Made by a program: the position numbers and the translations under genes. 38,952 nucleotides of DNA, taken from the sequence record SRR20825019_867; one strand, given 5' to 3'. The notes under the pieces were generated by a model. That model saw only the letters and a program-made list of their open reading frames with translations, searched no databases and was not told the DNA's origin. Shown here piece by piece: positions 29,665 through 38,952 of the stretch; position 1 is the stretch's first letter; every line of letters starts with the position of its first letter.

Positions 29665-31086
29665 TTATTTTTTGTCAATAGGTAAAGCTATAAACATACG
29701 TATATTTTTTCTTTTAAGCTGGAGTACAATAGATTTTTTATTTTTTATTTTGCATTCTTCTACTAATTTTTTAAGTTCTGATATTTTTGAAATAGTTTTG
29801 TTATTAGCAGCTACAACAACATCTCCAACTTTAAGATTACTGCTTATAAAAGATTGACTCTTTATAGAGGTAATAACAATATTATCTCCTTCTTCTAAGT
29901 CATATTTTTGTTTAATTTCTGAATTAACAGGACTTAAAATTAAATTTGCAATTTCAAATTTATCTTTATTTGAAGTATCTGTATTTATAACATGATCTTC
30001 ATTTACTATTACTTTTAGAATTAATTTTGTACCATTTCTTATAATGGTTACGTGAGCTAATTTCCCTACAGGATAATTAGCAACTTCTACCTGAAGTTTT
30101 CTTGCGTTAGTTATTTTTACGTTATTAAATTCAGTAATAATATCTCCAGGTTTAATTCCAGCTTTATGTGCAGAACCTCCTTTAATAACTTCAGCAACAG
30201 ATACACCTTCTTTGTCTTTAAGACCGAGACCTTCAGCTACTTCTTTACTGATATCTTGTATTTTAACATTTAAAATACCTCTTTTTACTTGTCCTGATTC
30301 TTTAAGTTGATTTATTACTATTTTAGCAGTCACAGAAGGTATAGCAAATCCAATTCCAACATTACCACCAGAAGGTGCAATTATGATGGTATTAATACCA
30401 ATTACTTCACCTTGAGTATTAAACATAGGTCCACCTGAATTACCTACATTTATTGCCGCATCAGTTTGTATAAGATTATCAACTATGTTAGATCCATCAT
30501 TATATTCAATATCCCTTCCTTTTGATGATATTATACCAGAAGTTACTGTTCCACCAAGTCCAAAAGGATTTCCAATTGTAATTACATAGTCGCCAATTCT
30601 AGATTTTGTGGAATCTCCAAAATTCACATATGGTAAATCTTGTTTAGGTTGTATTTTCAGTAAAGCAATATCTGTTCTTTTATCACTTCCTATAAGCTTA
30701 GCTTGATATTCTTGACTATTATGTAATTTAATATTTATTTCATCAGCTCCTTCAACAACATGGTGATTTGTAACAATATATCCTGTTTTATCAATTATAA
30801 AACCAGATCCCATAGCTGTAACATCTTTTTGAACTGGATTATCAAACTCTTCAAATTTTTTACCAAATCTTTCAAATAATTCGTTAAATTCTTGGAAGAA
30901 ATCTCCTAAATTTTTTTGGCTTTTACTACTTGAAACCTTCTTTTTAGAGTAAATATTTGCAACAGTAGGTAAAAGGGGTTTTACAAGTTCAGCAAAACCT
31001 TCATTTGGAACTAATTTACTAGAAAATGAAATATTAGGTAATAAAACTACTAATAATATAGAAATAATTTTTTTCATAATAAACAC
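29665..31086 (-). CDS. degP: Do/DegP-family periplasmic serine protease with two PDZ domains
   Basis: GSGFII..TNHHV, DIALL, IQTDAAINVGNSGGP; follows hflKC. Confidence 0.93.
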   Translation of the reverse strand: MFIMKKIISILLVVLLPNISFSSKLVPNEGFAELVKPLLPTVANIYSKKKVSSSKSQKNLGDFFQEFNELFERFGKKFEEFDNPVQKDVTAMGSGFIIDKTGYIVTNHHVVEGADEINIKLHNSQEYQAKLIGSDKRTDIALLKIQPKQDLPYVNFGDSTKSRIGDYVITIGNPFGLGGTVTSGIISSKGRDIEYNDGSNIVDNLIQTDAAINVGNSGGPMFNTQGEVIGINTIIIAPSGGNVGIGFAIPSVTAKIVINQLKESGQVKRGILNVKIQDISKEVAEGLGLKDKEGVSVAEVIKGGSAHKAGIKPGDIITEFNNVKITNARKLQVEVANYPVGKLAHVTIIRNGTKLILKVIVNEDHVINTDTSNKDKFEIANLILSPVNSEIKQKYDLEEGDNIVITSIKSQSFISSNLKVGDVVVAANNKTISKISELKKLVEECKIKNKKSIVLQLKRKNIRMFIALPIDKK

Positions 31087-31088
31087 CT

Positions 31089-31943
31089 TTAGTTATTAGA
31101 ATTTAATTTAAGTAAATCTAAAAATTTACTATCTGGAGATAAAATATAATTTGTATTATTTTCAAAGACTTTATTATATGTATCCATAGTACGATAATAG
31201 TTATAAAATTCTTTATCTATGGAATATGCGTTATTATAAATAATAGCAGCACTAGCTTCTCCTTGACCTTTAATTATTTCAGATTTTTTTTGTGCTTCAG
31301 CTAGTAATATGCTTTTTTCTTTATCTGCTGCTGATCTGATTTTTGCAGCTTCTTCTGCTCCTTCTGCTCTTATTTGTTTAGCTTCTTTTTCTCTTTCAGT
31401 CTGCATTCTTCTATAAATAGCTGTACTATTTTCTTTAGGAAGGTCAGCTCTTAATATTCTAACATCTTGGATATTTACTCCAAAATGTTTAGCATCTGAA
31501 TTTACTATATTTTTAATTTCTTGCATAATATCATTTCTTTTACTAGATAACATGGTAATAAGATGAAATTTACCAATAACTTTTCTCATAGCAGATTCAA
31601 GCATTCTATTGAGTCTTACATTAATTCCATCCTGATTATAAACAGTTTTATAAAATTTTACTGGATCAGTAATTGAAAATTTAGTAAATGCATCAACTAT
31701 TATTCTTTTTCCATCAGATGCAGTTAATTCTTTTGCTGCAACATTGACATGCAGAATTCTTTTGTCATAAAATTCTACATTTTGAATAAAAGGAATTTTA
31801 ATATTTAATCCAGGATTATCTATGACTCTTACAGCTTCACCAAATTGAAATATTACTGCATATTTTCTTTGTTCTACTTTAAATAAGGATGATGCAATTA
31901 ATATTAGTAATATAAGTATTGCAGATGTTAGATATATTCTCAT
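31089..31943 (-). CDS. hflC: FtsH modulator HflC
   Basis: SPFH domain, RMQTEREKEA..RAEG. Confidence 0.95.
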   Translation of the reverse strand: MRIYLTSAILILLILIASSLFKVEQRKYAVIFQFGEAVRVIDNPGLNIKIPFIQNVEFYDKRILHVNVAAKELTASDGKRIIVDAFTKFSITDPVKFYKTVYNQDGINVRLNRMLESAMRKVIGKFHLITMLSSKRNDIMQEIKNIVNSDAKHFGVNIQDVRILRADLPKENSTAIYRRMQTEREKEAKQIRAEGAEEAAKIRSAADKEKSILLAEAQKKSEIIKGQGEASAAIIYNNAYSIDKEFYNYYRTMDTYNKVFENNTNYILSPDSKFLDLLKLNSNN

Positions 31944-31952
31944 TTTTTTATG

Positions 31953-33005
31953 TTATTTGTTATTATTTTTTAGTTTATCAATGTCGTAATGCGTAAAAAT
32001 ATTTTGGTTAGTAATGATTTTATTTCCAGAAGACAGAATTTTTTCTATTGTATCTAAATATATACGTTTTTTCATAACATCTTTTGAATTTGAGTATTGT
32101 TTTTGTATAGAAATAAATCTTTGGGCTTTACCTTCTGCTATAGAAACAACTTGTTTTTTATAACCTTCTGCATGTTGAAGCATGATTTCTGCATCACCTC
32201 TAGCTTTAGGAAGTATGTCATTTTTATATGCTTGAGCTTGGTTAATTTCTCTTTCTTTGTCAGCTCTTGATGTTTGAACATCTCTATATGAATCTATTAC
32301 TTCAAGAGGAGGTTCTGCTTTAAGTAGTTGAACTTGTTCAACTATGATACCTGAGTCATATTGATCTAATGTTCTTTGTATTCGTTCTTCTATAGCTTCA
32401 GCTATTTTTTGTTTTTGATTAGATAAAACTGAAGATATAGTGGTTTCGCCTATAACTTCACGTATAACACTTTCAGATACTGCTTTTACGGAGGCTTCAG
32501 GGGCTGCTACGTTAAAAACATATTTTTCTAAATCTCTTATATGCCATAATATGTCACAGTTTAAGTCAACGATATTTTCATCTCCTGTAAGCATTATACT
32601 TTCATCTGGCATATATGATAAATGATTTCTGATTTTACCATAGGATTTTTCACTAGAACGGTAGCCTATTTCTAGTCTTCTAGATTTCAGTACTTTTTCT
32701 ATTATTACTTGTTCTATAGGAGATGGAATTCTATATCTAAGTCCTGGGTCACTAGTTCTTACATATTTACCAAATCTCATAACTATGCCAGCTTCACCTT
32801 CATTAACCATATAAAGTCCAGAAGCAAGCCAAGATAAAGTTAATACTCCAATAATTAAAAATAATATATATTTATTTGCTTGAAAGTTAAAATTAGGACT
32901 TTGAAAATCATTAAAAATATTAAAGGATTTTTTATTTTTAAAAACATTATCATCATCATCCCAAGGAGAGAATTTGAATTTTTTGAAAATTTTGTTTAAA
33001 ACCAT
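31953..33005 (-). CDS. hflK: FtsH modulator HflK
   Basis: MLTGDENIVD, PKARGDA, N-terminal SPW. Confidence 0.95.
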   Translation of the reverse strand: MVLNKIFKKFKFSPWDDDDNVFKNKKSFNIFNDFQSPNFNFQANKYILFLIIGVLTLSWLASGLYMVNEGEAGIVMRFGKYVRTSDPGLRYRIPSPIEQVIIEKVLKSRRLEIGYRSSEKSYGKIRNHLSYMPDESIMLTGDENIVDLNCDILWHIRDLEKYVFNVAAPEASVKAVSESVIREVIGETTISSVLSNQKQKIAEAIEERIQRTLDQYDSGIIVEQVQLLKAEPPLEVIDSYRDVQTSRADKEREINQAQAYKNDILPKARGDAEIMLQHAEGYKKQVVSIAEGKAQRFISIQKQYSNSKDVMKKRIYLDTIEKILSSGNKIITNQNIFTHYDIDKLKNNNK

Positions 33006-33085
33006 TGAAGTTATCTTATATATTTATTCTATTTCTTATATAATAAGTTACAATATTATATAATTATGTTATTAAATAATTCAAT

Positions 33086-34198
33086 ATGCAAAAATCAATA
33101 TTAGAAGAAGCTCTAAGAAAAATATTAGAAAAAATTAATTTAAATGATGGCCAAAAATTAATTGAATTGGTTGAAGGTGTAGTAATTAAGGATAGCCATG
33201 TAGGTTTTAGTATTACAATTAATGAAAATAATATCGAAGAAATAAAAATATTTCAGCCCTTTATAGAGAAGTCTATATTAAATATTGATGGAATATCAAA
33301 AGCAACAATTGTTTATACAAATTATGAAGGTAAAAAAATAGATCATACTGCTTTTTCAAGAAACTCAAATAATCAAAATAATAATTTAGACAATAGTGAA
33401 AAAAGCACCAATAATTTTAATAAAGATAATCAAGAATTCAGAAGTTTAAAAAATGTTAAAGTAATTGCAGTTAGTTCATGTAAAGGAGGAGTTGGAAAAT
33501 CAACAATTAGTGCAAATCTTGCTTTAAATTTATCTAAAGCTGGTAAAAAAGTAGCTATAGCTGACCTAGATATATATGGACCATCTATTCCTTCTATTTT
33601 TAAAATACAAAAGGATATAAAGCCTGAAATTAGTAATAATTATTTTATACCTATTGAGAAATATGGAATAAAAATTATGTCTATAGGATTTTTAGTAAAA
33701 TCAGGATTGGCACTAGCTATGAGAGGTCCAATGATTACTAAAACTTCTCAGCAAATTTTACACTCAACTAATTGGGGGGATTTAGAATATTTAATAATAG
33801 ATACACCTCCAGGAACTGGAGATGTTCATATTAGTATTCTTGAGAAGAATAATTTAGATGGTGTAGTTTTTGTTACAATTCCAGGAGAGCTTTCAATGAA
33901 TGATGTATTAAGAGGGATAGATTTATATAAGAAATTTGATATTTCTTTACTTGGTATTATAGAGAATATGAGTTATTTAGAAACAAAAGATGGAAATATA
34001 AATATTTTTGGAAGTAATGATAAAAAATATAGAGAAGACAAAGCAAACAAAGAAGATATAAATGAAAAAGAAGAAAATATAGTAAATAAGCTTAAAATTT
34101 TAAGTCAAATTCCTATAAAGCCTAATATAATAGAACAATTTCCTGAAATAGTTATCAAGGAGCTCAAAATAGATTTTTTAGATCAAATAAAAAAATAA
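33086..34198 (+). CDS. mrp: Mrp/ApbC/NBP35-family ATPase
   Basis: SCKGGVGKST, DIYGPSIP, DTPPGTGD, GIIENMS. Confidence 0.92.
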   Translation: MQKSILEEALRKILEKINLNDGQKLIELVEGVVIKDSHVGFSITINENNIEEIKIFQPFIEKSILNIDGISKATIVYTNYEGKKIDHTAFSRNSNNQNNNLDNSEKSTNNFNKDNQEFRSLKNVKVIAVSSCKGGVGKSTISANLALNLSKAGKKVAIADLDIYGPSIPSIFKIQKDIKPEISNNYFIPIEKYGIKIMSIGFLVKSGLALAMRGPMITKTSQQILHSTNWGDLEYLIIDTPPGTGDVHISILEKNNLDGVVFVTIPGELSMNDVLRGIDLYKKFDISLLGIIENMSYLETKDGNINIFGSNDKKYREDKANKEDINEKEENIVNKLKILSQIPIKPNIIEQFPEIVIKELKIDFLDQIKK

Positions 34199-34232
34199 AT
34201 AAGAAAGTAGTAAAACAGAAATTTTAGTTAAT

Positions 34233-36755
34233 TTACTCAGATTTAAACTCTAAAGCTTGATCAAGATAAGATTTAGCTTCTTCTTTATAATTTTGTTTTT
34301 GTATTTTATCTTGGGTATATTTTGATTTTATAGTATAAATTTCTGCAAGTGCTTCAAGACATTGAAGATAGTTAGGATGTTTTGTATCTGTAAGAATTCT
34401 TAATGCTTGACCAGTATAATTTTCAGCAAGATCTAAATTATTTATTGATAGATAAACCATTCCTAAATCTTTAAGTACTCCAGCAGTTTTAGTATGATTA
34501 TCTCCATAATAATTACCATATACAGTTAGGCTATTTTCTATTAGTTTTATGGATTTTTGATATTCGCTTAAATTATAATATACATTAGCAAGTTTAAGGG
34601 TTGACCATGATTTAATAATATGGTCATCAGTAAAATAGCTATTATAAATAGTAAGAGCTTTTTCAATTAGTTCAAGAGCAGTTTTATAATTTCCAAGAGC
34701 ATTTTCTATACTACCTAGTTTTGAAAGGGTCCATGCGGTTTCTCTTGAATTATTACCAGTTAACTTACGATAAATATTTAATGATCGTTCAATTAGTTCT
34801 TTTGCATAAACTAAATCTCCAAGATTTCTATATACAGAACCAAGTCTTGCTATTGCCCATGCAGTTTTTACATGTTCTTTACCGTAATATTCTTCATATA
34901 CTAAAACTGCTTGTTCTATAAGCGTTTTTGCTTTTTTATATTGTCCTAGATTTTTATAAACATTACCTAAATGAATTGAGGTAGCAACTGTTCTTATATG
35001 ATGTGATCCATAATGTTCTTTAAATACTTCAAATGCTTTTTGAAGTAGTGTAACAGATTTTTGATAATCTCCTAAATTTCTATAAACTCCTCCTAAGTAT
35101 GAAGATATTAAAATTGTTTCTATATAATCAACTCCATGTTGTTCTTTATATATTGAATGGGCTTCTGTTAGAAGTTCAACAGCTTTTTTATAATCACCCT
35201 GATTTCTTGAAACATTACCAAGTCTTCCAAGAATTTTAGCAACTTCTACAGAGTCTGAACCATAATATTCCCTAAATACTTTTAGAGTATCAGTAAATAA
35301 TGATTCTGCTTTTAAATAATTAGTAACGTTAAAATAATAATTACCTAATTTCCATGATAAGCCTGCTAGTGATATTGGATCTATTAAATTTGCATGGCTT
35401 AAAAAAACATCAGAATGTGAAAATATAGCATGTTTTTTTGGAAGTATTTGTTTTTGCATTTCAAATTCCATAAAAATTTCTAATGCACTTGACATTTTAT
35501 TAATGATTTCAGGATTTTTAACTGTATTTGAATTTAAAGATAGGTAAGATTTAATAATATTTTGAGTACTTCTATGTATAGAAAAATTATATTCTTGGTT
35601 AATACCTTTATCTTCAGATATTAGTGAATATTTACGTAATTCATGAATTAATTTACTTACAGAGATTTCATCTTTAAAAGAAATTAATAGGTTTTTTGGA
35701 ATGTCTTGTGAGTCTATCATACTAATAAATAAAAGCATATCAGCAGCAGAAGGAACTTGTTCAATAATATGTTTGATTGAAAATGTTACTATATCGTATC
35801 TGGTTTTAGTATAATCTCCAATATCATTTAAAATTGCAGCTTGAACTTTTTGAGCTTCTGGGTTTGTGTTTGAAATATATTTTAAATATTCATTACAACT
35901 TATTCTTTCTTCTTTTATATAATTTGCAGCTAGTGAAAGATCTAAAGGGTAAGGAGGAATTTTTGATAAAAAACTTTCTATATTTTCAATATTCTGATTA
36001 TTTTCAGTTAAATTTGAATCTTTGCCTAAGGTTATAGTATTATAAAGAAATAATTTTTCTTCGTCATGTAATTCACCTATTTTTATTACATTACCATGAG
36101 GGATATAGCTACTATATGCTATGTTACTATCTCTTGTTGTAATAATTACATTTCCTACTCCCCAAACTTCTGGGTCATAGGGAAAGTAGTTTTTAATAGT
36201 TTGAAAAGTATCTACATTATTATATATAATTAACCAGTTAGATTTTTTCTTTAATCTTGATGTAATAAATTGAAGTAATCTTCTTTCTCTTTCAGGTTCA
36301 TTGTTAATTGCTTGTATTGCTCTTAATTCTTTTTTTTCTTGTTTATTTTGATAAAGTGCATAAGCAAGTTCTTTAAGAGAATTAACTAAACTATATTTAG
36401 TTTCTGCATTAATTTCCCATATAACTTGAGATTTATTAATTCTTGCATATTGCCTTGCTGTGGTAGTTTTGCCAGCTCCACCAGCGCCAGTAAGTGCTAC
36501 TATATTAATATCAGAGCTATTTTTTAAAATTTTATCCATTTTGGATATGGTATCATGTCTTTCAAGTAATATATCTTTGTGGGGTAGTGGAAGATCAGAT
36601 ACTATTCTATGATTTGTATTTATCTTTCCTATGAATAAATTCATTAAGAACATGGAAGATAATATAATAAAAAGTAAAACAAGTACTATCTTGATTACTA
36701 AACTCCTGTTTTTGAGGATATTTGCCGTAAAGTTTGATATAATTTGAGTATTCAT
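34233..36755 (-). CDS. Membrane-anchored NB-ARC (STAND)/TPR protein, paralogue of 20235-23468 without the HTH
   Basis: N-terminal TM, GAGGAGKT, WLIIYNNV, IITTRD, PPYPL, TPR repeats; many shared blocks (VIWEIN, DPxVWG, KTAWA). Confidence 0.88.
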   Translation of the reverse strand: MNTQIISNFTANILKNRSLVIKIVLVLLFIILSSMFLMNLFIGKINTNHRIVSDLPLPHKDILLERHDTISKMDKILKNSSDINIVALTGAGGAGKTTTARQYARINKSQVIWEINAETKYSLVNSLKELAYALYQNKQEKKELRAIQAINNEPERERRLLQFITSRLKKKSNWLIIYNNVDTFQTIKNYFPYDPEVWGVGNVIITTRDSNIAYSSYIPHGNVIKIGELHDEEKLFLYNTITLGKDSNLTENNQNIENIESFLSKIPPYPLDLSLAANYIKEERISCNEYLKYISNTNPEAQKVQAAILNDIGDYTKTRYDIVTFSIKHIIEQVPSAADMLLFISMIDSQDIPKNLLISFKDEISVSKLIHELRKYSLISEDKGINQEYNFSIHRSTQNIIKSYLSLNSNTVKNPEIINKMSSALEIFMEFEMQKQILPKKHAIFSHSDVFLSHANLIDPISLAGLSWKLGNYYFNVTNYLKAESLFTDTLKVFREYYGSDSVEVAKILGRLGNVSRNQGDYKKAVELLTEAHSIYKEQHGVDYIETILISSYLGGVYRNLGDYQKSVTLLQKAFEVFKEHYGSHHIRTVATSIHLGNVYKNLGQYKKAKTLIEQAVLVYEEYYGKEHVKTAWAIARLGSVYRNLGDLVYAKELIERSLNIYRKLTGNNSRETAWTLSKLGSIENALGNYKTALELIEKALTIYNSYFTDDHIIKSWSTLKLANVYYNLSEYQKSIKLIENSLTVYGNYYGDNHTKTAGVLKDLGMVYLSINNLDLAENYTGQALRILTDTKHPNYLQCLEALAEIYTIKSKYTQDKIQKQNYKEEAKSYLDQALEFKSE

Positions 36756-36914
36756 CCTAAATATCTTATAAATTTAAAGTTATTAGTTATAGTTTCTGGT
36801 TAATAAATATATAAAACTTAAAAGTTTCTTAAAAAAATATACATAAAAAAGCATATAACATAAAAATATAATAAGTAATAGTTTTTTTATGAATTCTTAA
36901 AGGAATTTATTATA

Positions 36915-36986
36915 TTATTAACATATTAAAATAAGTTAATCAGTACTAGGTAGTATTTTTATCTTCTAGGTAAAAATTACTTAAGA
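36915..36986 (-). promoter_or_regulatory. Upstream element with imperfect palindrome TAAGTAA-TTT-TTACCTA (copy 2, read on the minus strand)
   Basis: Homologous to 20140-20207 in gene orientation. Confidence 0.65.
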
Positions 36987-37161
36987 TATATATTTTTTAA
37001 TTTCTATTTAATAAGTAGATTATTATTATTTTATAATCTAAGTAATAAATATAGTGAATTTAAGCATAATTTTTATTAATATTTTGGTATATTTAATTAA
37101 ATAATATTGATATTTTTAGAAAATAATTTACCATTATGTATTAATTAATGAAATTATTAAA

Positions 37162-37536
37162 ATGTATAAAGTTTTTCTTATAATATCTATTTTAGCAATA
37201 TGCTTAGTAGTTTATTATTCTTACTTTACTCAAGATAAGGGTATTAGTAAAAATTATTCAAATAGTAATTCTATATTGATATATACTAAATATTATTGCA
37301 GCTTTTGTACTAAAGCTAGAAATTTGTTATCTTTAAAAGGTTTGAATTTTAAGGAGATAGAATTATCTAATGATCAGGATCTTCATGAAAGGCTTAAAGA
37401 GCAAACTGGTCAAAATACTGTGCCTTATATTTTTATAGATTCTGAGTTTATTGGTGGTTTTACGGAGCTACAAAATCTTGAAGATAGTGGAGAGTTAAAT
37501 AAGAAGTTAAAAATGAAAGTCAGGGATAATGAATAA
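37162..37536 (+). CDS. Dithiol glutaredoxin (Grx3-like) with an N-terminal hydrophobic segment
   Basis: YCSFC, TVPYIFI, IGGF. Confidence 0.9.
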   Translation: MYKVFLIISILAICLVVYYSYFTQDKGISKNYSNSNSILIYTKYYCSFCTKARNLLSLKGLNFKEIELSNDQDLHERLKEQTGQNTVPYIFIDSEFIGGFTELQNLEDSGELNKKLKMKVRDNE

Positions 37537-37627
37537 ATTTCTATCTTTTTAATTCTTTTTTATTTTTTTACTTTTAAAAATTCTCCGTTACACTAATATT
37601 GTTTAATTATTAATTTGGTGTTTGTTT

Positions 37628-38320
37628 ATGAGTTATGAGAATGCTTTAGATGAATTATATTTAATTAAAGATGATGCAATTAAGCTTAAGATAGAAAAAT
37701 TCTTCAAACTAGGAAAAGATCAATATGGTTATAATGATAAATTTTTAGGTATATTTGCTAAAGATATTAGAATTGCTGCAAAAAAATATGATCATCTTAC
37801 ATATGAAGATTTAGTAAAGTTATTAAAATCAGAATATCATGAAGTTAGGACATTTGTGCTTGTAGTTCTATCAAATCAGCTCAAGAAAAAGATTATTACT
37901 ACAAAAGATGCTTATGAGTTTTACATGAGTAATATAGATTATATTAATAACTGGGATTTGGTAGATATTTCATGTCCATTAATAGTTGGGAAATATTTAA
38001 TTGATAAGGATAAGTCAATTTTATATGAATTATCAAAACGAAAAAATATTTGGCATAGAAGAATCTCTGTAATTTCATGTATGAGTTTTATTAAAAACAA
38101 TCAATTTGAGGATTTATTTAATATAGTAGAAATATTACTGAAAGATACTGAAGATTTAATTCATAAGGCTTGTGGTTGGATGCTTAGAGAAGTATATAAG
38201 GTTGATAATGAAGTTTTAGAATTATTTATACTTAAACATAAGAAGAATATGCCAAGAGTTATGTTAAGATATGCTATAGAAAAATTTCCAGAATCTAAAA
38301 GAAAGAGTTTGCTTAAATAA
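37628..38320 (+). CDS. DNA alkylation repair enzyme (AlkD-like HEAT-repeat family)
   Basis: INNWDLVD, IWHRR, DLIHKACGWMLRE, LRYAIEKF. Confidence 0.88.
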   Translation: MSYENALDELYLIKDDAIKLKIEKFFKLGKDQYGYNDKFLGIFAKDIRIAAKKYDHLTYEDLVKLLKSEYHEVRTFVLVVLSNQLKKKIITTKDAYEFYMSNIDYINNWDLVDISCPLIVGKYLIDKDKSILYELSKRKNIWHRRISVISCMSFIKNNQFEDLFNIVEILLKDTEDLIHKACGWMLREVYKVDNEVLELFILKHKKNMPRVMLRYAIEKFPESKRKSLLK

Positions 38321-38663
38321 TTAAGTTAGTTCAAAAATGTCCAAACAAAACTTATTTTATAGAAAAAAGCATGTCGCTTAAACCAAATTTAGGTTCTAAG
38401 GATTAATAATATGTGTGATAATTTTAGTACAGATTCTATATTATAGAATGAGATGAGGAAGTTAGAAGTATTTAGAGTTAAATGAAGTATAAAATATCCA
38501 TAAACAGAAAGTAAGTTAGACACTCAATCAAAAGAATAATATTGAACGTATCTAGTTTTGACTAGAGAAGAATGGGCTAAACAGTAAGTCCAATGTTTCA
38601 AACAAATATTACATTTTCTGATATAAGATAAACTTTAAGTAAATATTTTTAATCTAGTAAAAT

Positions 38664-38952
38664 TTACTCAGAGTCATTTGAATAATTTTCCATTGCACCC
38701 AGTTCTTTAAGCGCGGATTCATATCTATAAGTAAAGCCTTTAAAACCATCGGAATAATTACTACTGTCATAGGTAAAAGCTTTGACTACAGATTCAGTCT
38801 TCAACAGGTTTATATGTTCACCATCTACTTGGGCTAAATTTTGTATAATCTTATAAAGTATATCAGTTGATAAGTCTATAATACTAATATCGACCTCTTT
38901 ATTTTTTGCTGCGTTCCTATCTGTTGAGAACAAGTATTTACATAAGGTTGAT
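38664..38952 (-). CDS. C-terminal part of a hypothetical protein running off the window edge
   Basis: Frame stays open beyond 38933 to the edge (STLCKYLFSTDRN...). Confidence 0.6.
   Translation of the reverse strand, partial: STLCKYLFSTDRNAAKNKEVDISIIDLSTDILYKIIQNLAQVDGEHINLLKTESVVKAFTYDSSNYSDGFKGFTYRYESALKELGAMENYSNDSE

Noticed and set aside
38337-38587. Possible decayed gene ending VLTREEWAKQ* (GNAT-like terminus)
   Set aside because: Multiple stops and no convincing reconstructable frame.
1-38952. CRISPR array, tRNA or rRNA genes
   Set aside because: No regularly spaced repeats or GC-rich structured RNA segments were seen; the repeats present are protein-level (TPR, pentapeptide).

Overview
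A very AT-rich chromosomal window, most consistent with a Rickettsiales/Rickettsiaceae-type alphaproteobacterial endosymbiont. This assignment is inferred from gene content and synteny only. The core backbone is gltA-udg-rluD, yidC-engB-argB-like, hemJ-hemH-hemE, a probable replication origin (DnaA boxes between hemE and the COG1806/PPDK-regulator gene), a multiply frameshifted coaE, dnaQ-rplY-pth-ychF-MFS, hflK-hflC-degP-bioY and mrp. Accessory material at the left end comprises an IS481-like transposase remnant, a TPR protein and an AAA-ATPase/PD-(D/E)XK protein. A 7-kb block in the middle carries a LuxR-HTH/transmembrane/NB-ARC/TPR protein, an orphan F-type TraD with an unannotated translationally coupled small membrane ORF, an XRE regulator and a degenerate LqsR-like response regulator. 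A second, HTH-less membrane-anchored NB-ARC/TPR paralogue lies at 34-37 kb. The best candidate for an undescribed system is this pair of membrane-anchored NLR-like (STAND) proteins. Both have an Asn at the Walker B Asp position, and both are preceded by the same ~70-bp upstream element containing a TARGTAA-N3-TTACYTA palindrome. No rRNA, tRNA or CRISPR array was recognised. All family calls come from motif recognition by eye, not from database searches.
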